The translations under genes were made by a program, and so were the position numbers. A stretch of DNA of 64,000 nt. Source: an uncultured Candidatus Poseidoniales archaeon. Lineage in GTDB: Archaea > Thermoplasmatota > Poseidoniia > Poseidoniales > Thalassarchaeaceae. The notes under the pieces were generated by a model. It ran no database searches, was not told the origin of the DNA, and saw only the letters and a program-made list of their open reading frames with translations. Location of the stretch: the NCBI GenBank assembly GCA_964013425.1, contig CAXGWC010000002.1, forward strand, positions 22,818 through 86,817, read 5' to 3'. This document shows positions 9,401 to 16,139 of this stretch, one piece after another (position 1 is the stretch's first letter; each line of letters begins with the position of its first letter).

Positions 9401-9562
9401 GGTAACGGTCTAGAAGGAGCCAGTGGAGGAATCACCTTCATGGCAAACGGAGACGTTCCAGCAGCTGGTTTCTGTATCGGGGAGTTCTCTCACGATGCAA
9501 CCACAGACACAGTCTCATACGACTGTGCCAGGAACTGGGACCCAGTCAACGGAATCGTTTGA
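6458..9562 (+). CDS. Multidomain ABC substrate-binding lipoprotein: permuted polar-amino-acid SBP + two LivJ/LivK-type domains
   Basis: Lipobox FAGC. SBP_bac_3 motifs (WDPIIPNL, DAIISAMTKTDER, VDFTRAYY, IGVQSGTT; LCTDPFYPPFE, GFDADIA). Two copies of IKxGFLNDATGP...GAACSGAS...SYASTSPALSD...FYRxVPSDAxQG. Confidence 0.9.
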   Translation: MKNNKMIAMMLTMSMLAAAFAGCLGGDDEDDTPDWSISMASDVSADFVESAWDPIIPNLNAGDMCDAIISAMTKTDEREQVVDFTRAYYTSSQGVIGGSGAASISAVADLNAEGTTIGVQSGTTSDLYAQNNLGAATISAYDDFPSVIAALNNGDVHYAMGDAPVLSLEGTLMVTFSDENFGMAVQGDSSGELLGALNMAIGALVDSGEYDLIYGASFDGAVTLADDTTMDTATSYPVPTEGSDLTAVLESGSLRLCTDPFYPPFESYADDGSVVGFDADIAHAVADEIAAHYMGAANPMFVPPVVEEPAVTIKLGFLNDATGPIAQFAAPFTFAWGAAMDDLNAMGDDYVFEVIEADSGCDGQMAGTAAQSLVDAGVVAVAGAACSGASMGANAVLSAAGIPMISYASTSPALSDATAYPHFYRIVPSDALQGQAAADMIMASGVSNTAVVHMTNAYGAGLADAVALNLGEDNVCLQAGYEETATDFQGAVQAVMDAGCDSVFLGSYSADGATIVETMAVMGATIPIFSADGMAGEAALADYTNPAAANGIEVTRPRAAAAGAGVFAAACADDPVCSTGIFTSEAYDAVMMIGHAAMMEDGENMGTHVPMVGDAYAGDSGTHTFLDNGDVGGSGYDVCTFAHVPTFGEYFNCDRMWEAGGAGVTAAPFMGATIKIGFLNDATGPIAVYANGFVAASQIALGLANTIGYSNNVQFEIVYADSGCDSTMGGAAAQTLVDAGVWGVVGAACSGASMGANAVLSAAGIPQVSYASTSPALSDATAYPSFYRVVPSDAFQGSVVAEVMTADAQDNVAVIHMTNAYGSGLADAFVANMDSASICTQIGYEETATDFSTIVSTVVNDGCTSVMMVSYAADGAMLIEEMSLQGFTGAIYGADGIAEVGLAADMADKSLVDGVIATKPAAAGGMTTVGMVFAAQCMANPDCAGGIYTAEAFDAVYIVAFAAFTALATPGITPDMAIAGTGNGLEGASGGITFMANGDVPAAGFCIGEFSHDATTDTVSYDCARNWDPVNGIV
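7391..9559 (+). repeat. Intragenic tandem domain duplication (units ~7391-8473 and ~8474-9559)
   Basis: Long identical peptide blocks (GAACSGASMGANAVLSAAGIP, SYASTSPALSDATAYP, HMTNAYG, GYEETATDF) are encoded with many synonymous differences. Confidence 0.9.
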
Positions 9563-9575
9563 TTGGTAACGTAAA

Positions 9576-9606
9576 GCAGTGCGGCGGGGGTTTCCCGCCG
9601 CACTGC
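9576..9606 (+). terminator. Strong intercistronic hairpin (terminator or mRNA-stabilising stem-loop)
   Basis: Perfect 13-bp stem GCAGTGCGGCGGG / CCCGCCGCACTGC with loop GGTTT, 13 nt after the SBP stop codon. Confidence 0.75.
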
Positions 9607-9646
9607 CCCAACAATTTTATTCAAATCATGAAGGTACGTGTAGTAG

Positions 9647-12600
9647 ATGCTGCATGAGGCTCGGCACAAGTACTCGGATCTCTCTAGGGGAACACGAAGG
9701 ATACTAGTTGCAACAATACTTTTTCTAGATGCCAACTTACTCGGAACCTCAAACGGGATAGGATTACTCAACATTGTCGATACAATTCTTGGCGGGGGGA
9801 TCCCTGACGATATGGTATGGCTCCTCCAGGTTGTAGAGTCTCTAACAGCCGGATTCATAATCATCAAGGTATTTTTTGATGATGTTCCTCAAGGTAATTT
9901 CAGAACCATAGCCTTACTCACATCCCCGTTATTCATGATCCTGGTCACTTTCTTGACTCTCGACATCCTTCTCAGTGGGCTTGGAGAGGGAGCATCCTTC
10001 ACTCTGGATCTAGTTTCAGTAGCTACAGGCACTCTGACTTGGTCCTCGACTTATCTGGCAATTGCCATAGGACTCACTCTAACTTACAAGGTCCAGAGGT
10101 ATGGGAACTTCGCCCAATCTGAATTATTCATGATCGGGATGTATCTCTCAATGATAATGATCTGGAGTGACTACTTCTTCCCTCTTTCCAGTTTAAGCAC
10201 CACTAAAGACGGTGTTCTAACTTGGTCAGTCCTAATCTTCACACTCATCGCCGCATTCGTTCTTACGGGTCTAGCTGGAGTAATCATTGACAGATTGGTC
10301 TACAGGGGATTCCGAAGGACAAAGACCACTCCCCAGGTCATGATGATCGCTTCTCTGGGTGTCGCCCTAATACTGAGGGCCATCACTTACCTAAGATTTG
10401 GCTCTGGAAGAAATATGTTCGAGCCAGAAGGAGACTGGAGGATGCCAAATCTAAGGTGGGAGATACCAACCACCAAGCTCAGACTCAATCTCGGAGATAG
10501 GTCGATAGACGAGGGCAGGACCTATACTCAGTGGACATGCGAGCAGACAGGTGTGGACGAAACAACCGGAGAGCCTATACTGTCTAGAATAGTGACTGAA
10601 GCGTCAAAACCAGCATATGAACTGTATGATACTACTGCAGACTGCGTAACACAGGCTACCACCAACTACGCGTATTACAAGGGGGCAGTACCATTCGTAA
10701 TCTTCTCATCGGTACTCCTGCTGATGCTCCTACTCAACAAGACAAGGCTTGGCAGAAGAATGAGGGCGGTTGCTGATAATCCAGAGCTTGCCGCCAGTAG
10801 CGGAATCAACGTTGAGAGGGTTCACCTTTCGAGTGCTTTCCTGTCCGCTGGAATATCTGGGATGGGTGGTGCGATATTCGCAATGACGCTCAGATTCAGT
10901 CCAGAGACTGCTTTCACCCTACTCCTCCCTTCATTCGCAATCATTGTACTAGGTACAATTGGTTCCATTCCAGGGGCCATTGTGGGCTCCATCATCGTAG
11001 GGTTCGTACGAGCACTCTCATCTCCTGTACTGATTGGCATAGGATCACCACTCGGACGATCTAACTACTCTGCTTTGGACGGTGTCATGCCCTATATTTT
11101 CCTAGTTGCAATCCTAATGATAATGCCCGAGGGGATTGGAGACGCATATGAGAAGTGGAAGATTGACAGACTCCGCAATAAGAAGGAGACCAATACGGAA
11201 AGGGATGTCAAGATTGCCACTGGCTTAGCACTCCTCCCCACTGGAATCTTCGGATTGCATCACTGGTGGAGGGGCAGAACACACAGGATGCAAACATTCT
11301 CTGTGATCGCCATTGCCTCATACGTATTCCACAGATTCAGCAATTTTGTTGAAAGGAACTCCTTCGCCGACGGCTCTTGTGCTGACTCCTGCCAGGAAAG
11401 CGAGTTTGCTGAAACCAATTTGGCAATACTGACCGGAAGGAACGACGGAGAGCTAAAACTGGAGGATAGCCCTCTGACGGAGACCCATCTGTTGGATCAG
11501 ACTAGCGCCCCCAGTGGAATGACTCCTTTCGAAACCGAACAATGGATCCCAGACGCCCTGGCCGATATGCGACAGTCCTGGCTCAATCAAATGAAATTTG
11601 AGATCGATCTTGTCAACTTTATTGCTGACGCAGGAGATTTGATTTGGCCACTAGCATTACTGGTACTCTGGGCATTCTCTGTGTATGAAGGAATCAGGAT
11701 AATGAATGGCAAGGAGAATGAGAAAATATCATTCCCACTATTCTCCAAATGGAAATCCATCTTCGACTCAACTACCTCTCCAATATCAGATACTAGGCAA
11801 AAATTATCAGAGCTGGACAGGAATCATGAAAGAATAGTTAAACAACTGAGGGAGAAATTGAGTAATTATCTCAAAACCGGAGAGTTGAAGTCCCACGCCA
11901 TAGATTTCTCACTCAGATTCACTGAACCAGTAATGAAGGCACTCAAAATTCCAGAGAGTCGTAAGACAGAACTAAAGTTGTACGGAAGACAGAGTCCAAT
12001 AGGGTCTTGGATATCATTCTTCATCCTCATAACGATCTTAGTGATGTTTCTTGTTTGGCTTCCAATAGCCGAATCGGACAATTTTGAATTTAAGAAAGTC
12101 CTCCAGGTATCGAATGTATTACTCACACTCTCTATCTTCATTTTGATGGCCTTTTCTCTAAACTTACATACCGGGTATACTGGAATGGTAAATTTCGGAA
12201 TCATCTTCTTCGTCTCTGTTGGAGCGATAACAGTCTCAATATTAACCGCTCCAGAAAGAGTGTTCGGATATAATTGGGGGATTTTAGAGGCCACAATAGT
12301 AGCTATGATACTATCCGCCGCCATCGGTTGGCTACTCGCCTATCCTACTGCCAGATTGAGGACAGACTACTTTGCCATAGTGACCATATCGCTTGGAGAA
12401 ATCGTAAGAGTTCTCTTAGCAGGAGAACCACTTTTGAGAGCGGGGCCGGTTGCTTCTGCAATTGGGATATCAGGATACCCACTACCATTGGAAGACTGGT
12501 GGTTCTGTGGCTCGGAGAAGTCCGGTCCAGATACACAGTGGGCCAGTCCCGATGCCTGCAGAGATGACATATTGTTAGACAGCACCCCGGCGTACTACAT

Positions 12601-13384
12601 AGGTGAGCTACTGAATCTTGGCGAACCGGCTCCCTATATGATGATGCTAATGCTATTATCAGTGGCTTCAGTCATAGTCGTGTGGGCACTACTATCCAGA
12701 CTACTCTCATCACCATGGGGGAGGGTACTCAAGGCCATCAGAGAAGACGAGGAAGTCGCCCAGCACCATGGCCACGACATCTTGACTCACAAGGCGGCAA
12801 GCCTCGCTCTGGGGGCTGCAATAGCTGCACTTGCTGGAGCACTTTGGGCTTGGAAGCTAACTGGTTTCGACGCGAGTTTCATGTCTCCTGCGCGCTCTAC
12901 ATTTTTAGTATGGGCCGCCTTCATTATTGGAGGTACATCCAATAACAGGGGTATGATTGTCGGGGCCTTCATCATAGTTCTTATGGAATTCGTATTCAAC
13001 GTCCTAGTAGCGGCACAGGGTTCTTCAGATCTGCCACTACATGTTACCGCTAACAGAATAGACACTCTATTCGAGTGGATAATAACAAATCAATGGGATG
13101 TAGCCACTATATTCGCTATTACGGCTCTTGTGGGTTACATTACCAGATCAGAGAGGGTTTTCGATATTGGTTTTTCAGGAGCAACAATATTCCTCTTCGC
13201 CGCACTTGCTCTTGGTGAGAGATCCATCAATGAGTCGTTCTTCGCAGGGGTTGTTAGTGCGGATATGGTTTATGTCAAGCTCATGCTGATTGGGTGCCTA
13301 ATGCTGTTCTCACTCAAATTCAATTCCAAGGGCCTATTGCCAGAAGTCCCGATCAGACCTAGTAGACCAGACGGAGGCGAATAA
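9647..13384 (+). CDS. Fused LivH-LivM type branched-chain amino acid ABC permease with insertions
   Basis: LivH motifs (AIGLTLTY...NFAQSELFMIG, TRLGRRMRAVADNPELAASSGIN, LGTIGSIPGA, PEGI). LivM motifs (SLNLHTGYTGMVNFG, RLRTDYFAIVTISLGE, SPWGRVLKAIREDE, IIGG). Confidence 0.9.
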   Translation: MLHEARHKYSDLSRGTRRILVATILFLDANLLGTSNGIGLLNIVDTILGGGIPDDMVWLLQVVESLTAGFIIIKVFFDDVPQGNFRTIALLTSPLFMILVTFLTLDILLSGLGEGASFTLDLVSVATGTLTWSSTYLAIAIGLTLTYKVQRYGNFAQSELFMIGMYLSMIMIWSDYFFPLSSLSTTKDGVLTWSVLIFTLIAAFVLTGLAGVIIDRLVYRGFRRTKTTPQVMMIASLGVALILRAITYLRFGSGRNMFEPEGDWRMPNLRWEIPTTKLRLNLGDRSIDEGRTYTQWTCEQTGVDETTGEPILSRIVTEASKPAYELYDTTADCVTQATTNYAYYKGAVPFVIFSSVLLLMLLLNKTRLGRRMRAVADNPELAASSGINVERVHLSSAFLSAGISGMGGAIFAMTLRFSPETAFTLLLPSFAIIVLGTIGSIPGAIVGSIIVGFVRALSSPVLIGIGSPLGRSNYSALDGVMPYIFLVAILMIMPEGIGDAYEKWKIDRLRNKKETNTERDVKIATGLALLPTGIFGLHHWWRGRTHRMQTFSVIAIASYVFHRFSNFVERNSFADGSCADSCQESEFAETNLAILTGRNDGELKLEDSPLTETHLLDQTSAPSGMTPFETEQWIPDALADMRQSWLNQMKFEIDLVNFIADAGDLIWPLALLVLWAFSVYEGIRIMNGKENEKISFPLFSKWKSIFDSTTSPISDTRQKLSELDRNHERIVKQLREKLSNYLKTGELKSHAIDFSLRFTEPVMKALKIPESRKTELKLYGRQSPIGSWISFFILITILVMFLVWLPIAESDNFEFKKVLQVSNVLLTLSIFILMAFSLNLHTGYTGMVNFGIIFFVSVGAITVSILTAPERVFGYNWGILEATIVAMILSAAIGWLLAYPTARLRTDYFAIVTISLGEIVRVLLAGEPLLRAGPVASAIGISGYPLPLEDWWFCGSEKSGPDTQWASPDACRDDILLDSTPAYYIGELLNLGEPAPYMMMLMLLSVASVIVVWALLSRLLSSPWGRVLKAIREDEEVAQHHGHDILTHKAASLALGAAIAALAGALWAWKLTGFDASFMSPARSTFLVWAAFIIGGTSNNRGMIVGAFIIVLMEFVFNVLVAAQGSSDLPLHVTANRIDTLFEWIITNQWDVATIFAITALVGYITRSERVFDIGFSGATIFLFAALALGERSINESFFAGVVSADMVYVKLMLIGCLMLFSLKFNSKGLLPEVPIRPSRPDGGE

Positions 13385-13385
13385 A

Positions 13386-14177
13386 GTGACTGAACCAGTT
13401 CTGAAAGTACAGAGTCTTCGAAAGGAGTTCGGGGGGCTGGTCGCAGTAAAAGACGTCTCCTTCGAGGTTGGTGAAGGCGAATTCGTTGGGTTGATTGGTC
13501 CAAACGGATGTGGCAAGTCGACCACATTCAACTGTATTAGCGGGCTACTGGAACAGACTTCCGGCAGGATCGAGATGTTTGGTGAGGATATCTCTGAACT
13601 TAGGCCAGATCAGATTCAGAACAGAGGAATGACCAGAACATTCCAGCACACAAACCTCTGGAGGGAGATGACTGTGATAGAGAACCTAATGGTTCCTCCT
13701 AGGAAGCAGTTTGGAACAAATGGGAAAGAATTCCTAAAAGCGATCTTGTCTCGAAAAAATCCATCCGAGCGAGAAAGGCTCATGGATGCATATGATGCAC
13801 TCGATCAACTAGAAGTCCCTCACATGGCACATAACCTAGCTGGTGAGTTGTCAGGAGGGCAGTCAAAGCTGGTTGATATTGGGAGGTCAATGATGGGGAG
13901 TCCCAAGCTACTACTCCTAGATGAGCCTGTAGCAGGGGTAGCTGGGCCTCTAGCAATGAAGATTTTCAATAATCTCAGAAACATAGTAAGCGAAACCGGA
14001 ATCTCGATTCTTATCATCGAGCACAATATGGACTTCATACTGAGACAGGGAGTCGACAGAATCGTCGTGATGAACGAAGGAGAGGTGCTTATGCAAGGAA
14101 CACCAGACGAGGTGAGAGCCAATCAAAAGGTAATCGAGGCATACCTTGGCGCTGCTGGAAATACGGAGGAGGAATAG
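13386..14177 (+). CDS. livG: Branched-chain amino acid ABC ATPase (LivG-like)
   Basis: FGGLVAV, GPNGCGKST, RTFQ, LSGGQ, LLLDEP, IEHNM and VIEAYLG motifs. Confidence 0.9.
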   Translation: MTEPVLKVQSLRKEFGGLVAVKDVSFEVGEGEFVGLIGPNGCGKSTTFNCISGLLEQTSGRIEMFGEDISELRPDQIQNRGMTRTFQHTNLWREMTVIENLMVPPRKQFGTNGKEFLKAILSRKNPSERERLMDAYDALDQLEVPHMAHNLAGELSGGQSKLVDIGRSMMGSPKLLLLDEPVAGVAGPLAMKIFNNLRNIVSETGISILIIEHNMDFILRQGVDRIVVMNEGEVLMQGTPDEVRANQKVIEAYLGAAGNTEEE

Positions 14178-14178
14178 A

Positions 14179-14898
14179 ATGACCAGGGTACTGGAAGTGA
14201 GAAACCTAGAAGGCGGATATGGGGCCGTTCAGATTCTTTACGGAATTGATCTCTATGTCGAGGAAGGGGAGTTCGTCACTATCATTGGGCCAAACGGATG
14301 CGGAAAATCAACACTGATAAAGACGATTTTTGGAATCGCCACATATTACTCAGGCGAGGTCTTCTATAACGGTACTGAGGTATCTGGTTGGAGAACAGAT
14401 CAATTGGTCAACCAAGGAATAGCATACGTACCCCAAGTGGACAATGTTTTCCCCTCGCTTTCTGTTATGGAGAACCTCCAGATGGGGGGCAATAGCCTCT
14501 CAAGTCCCCTATTGAGTGAGAGAATAGAAAGAGCACTAGATATGTTCCCAGATCTTAGGAACCGAGTCCATGATTTGGCCGCCTCTCTATCAGGGGGGGA
14601 GAGACAAATGCTCGCTATCTCCAGAGCGCTGATCTCGGACCCGAAGTTCCTGCTCCTCGATGAGCCAACCGCCGCGCTGTCACCGCTCTATCAACAGCAA
14701 ATCATAGAAAGAATAGACTCACTAAGGGAACAGGGCATAACAGTCCTAATTGTAGAGCAGAATGCTCGCCTCTCACTAGCCAGATCAGATAGAGGATACA
14801 TCGTATCAAACGGTAAGATAGTCCATACCGGAGTCGCAAAGGAGATTCTCACAGATCCAGAAATAGGAGAATACTTCCTAGGCTCAACGGGACATTAA
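14179..14898 (+). CDS. livF: Branched-chain amino acid ABC ATPase (LivF-like)
   Basis: GPNGCGKST, YVPQ..NVFPSLSVMENL, LSGGERQMLAI, LLDEP and VEQN motifs. ATG at 14179 follows GGAGG. Confidence 0.9.
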   Translation: MTRVLEVRNLEGGYGAVQILYGIDLYVEEGEFVTIIGPNGCGKSTLIKTIFGIATYYSGEVFYNGTEVSGWRTDQLVNQGIAYVPQVDNVFPSLSVMENLQMGGNSLSSPLLSERIERALDMFPDLRNRVHDLAASLSGGERQMLAISRALISDPKFLLLDEPTAALSPLYQQQIIERIDSLREQGITVLIVEQNARLSLARSDRGYIVSNGKIVHTGVAKEILTDPEIGEYFLGSTGH

Positions 14899-15483
14899 AT
14901 CAGATGCCAGGCTCTCTAATTTTGGAAGGCACTTCTTCATCCTATGTCCATCATCGATTACGACGAGCTCTACCATTTCTGAGATACTGGATACAGTCTC
15001 CGAGACAGATAACGAGACGACATCGTCCTTCGAACCATGAACAATAGTAGTATGATGAGCCACTTCAGGCCATGACATACTCTCAGCGGCTTCCATAAAA
15101 CTCCAATCAAGATCAATCTCCAGTTCGAACCCCCTGTAAGTCCTGAAACCAGAATTCTTCCAGTCTGCAAGCTCATCTTCAGATAGACCCTCCCAACTGT
15201 CACAAAGGCCGAACGCAGGAGCAATCAGTAGCAATCGAAAATCAGAATCTCTCCGCATCGATGAGGCATTGGCAGCCGCTAAACCCCCCATGGAAGAACC
15301 AATTACCAAATCAAAATCATGCTCATCAATGCATCTGAGCAGGACCTTAGTCTGGCTTTCTATATCCCAGCCAAGCCCTGACATTATTGGAGAGGTAACT
15401 TCCCAACCAAGAACTTCTCTCATGTAGGTGGGCTTGGACCCCGATGGACCTCCTTCGAAACCATGAGCGAACAAAACCCTCAT
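14884..15483 (-). CDS. YqiA/YcfP-family alpha/beta hydrolase (esterase)
   Basis: HGFEGGP, nucleophile elbow GSSMGG, LIAPAF, HGSKDDVV and DDGHR. Confidence 0.85.
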   Translation of the reverse strand: MRVLFAHGFEGGPSGSKPTYMREVLGWEVTSPIMSGLGWDIESQTKVLLRCIDEHDFDLVIGSSMGGLAAANASSMRRDSDFRLLLIAPAFGLCDSWEGLSEDELADWKNSGFRTYRGFELEIDLDWSFMEAAESMSWPEVAHHTTIVHGSKDDVVSLSVSETVSSISEMVELVVIDDGHRMKKCLPKLESLASDLMSR

Positions 15484-15501
15484 TTCATCAGACCCATTTT
15501 C

Positions 15502-15930
15502 TCAGCTAAACTCCAACCCAAGTAGCTCAAGACCATCAAGAGGGCGTCGAGTCATAATCGCATCCTCCATCAATCTAAGATGTATTTCTGCAACAACATG
15601 CACTGTCGACTGAAACATATGGCCAGCATGAACGTTATTGTCGTCATCAGACCAGCAACAGTGGATATGGGTGAAAGGATCCCCATGTTCTGTACGTGCG
15701 ATATTACCCGACAAGCTCACTAACTCTGATGGTGAGTCCAAGGGCCTCCTTTGGTAAACACCCTCCGCATCCATGTAGCCATATTGGTTGTCACGGGTTC
15801 TCCCGATCCCACTGGTTATCACCGCTGCATCAAATGCAAGGTCATTCGCCAATGCCTTCAGTGAGGCATGAATCTCCTCTCCCGGGTCTAGCCGTACTAG
15901 GACATCATTACCCGAACGCGTATGTTCCAT
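15502..15930 (-). CDS. PPC/DUF296 domain protein
   Basis: VRLDPGEEI, ELVSLSGNI, HIH and AGH motifs typical of DUF296. Confidence 0.85.
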   Translation of the reverse strand: MEHTRSGNDVLVRLDPGEEIHASLKALANDLAFDAAVITSGIGRTRDNQYGYMDAEGVYQRRPLDSPSELVSLSGNIARTEHGDPFTHIHCCWSDDDNNVHAGHMFQSTVHVVAEIHLRLMEDAIMTRRPLDGLELLGLEFS

Positions 15931-16002
15931 GCCCCTCCTATCACAAACATTGATTTCAACTTCTCTAAGGAATTTTCCACTATCGGCAAAAAATCATCGT
16001 CA

Positions 16003-16074
16003 TTCCAGTGGAAGAGCTAAATGCCCCAAAATGACTTTGAAAAAGAAAAAAATCTCCACTGGAACAAAAGGGGT
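16003..16074. promoter_or_regulatory. Inverted ORB-like (Orc1/Cdc6-binding) boxes flanking an A-rich tract; candidate replication origin
   Basis: TTCCAGTGGAA at 16003-16013 and TCCACTGGAACAAAAGGGGT at 16055-16074 (with a G-string), separated by an A-rich stretch, directly upstream of mcm. Confidence 0.6.
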
Positions 16075-16139
16075 CAACATTACCATACATTTTGGTTATA
16101 GACCGTGACTTCCCGTATCATGTGCCCGGCGGTTAGAAG

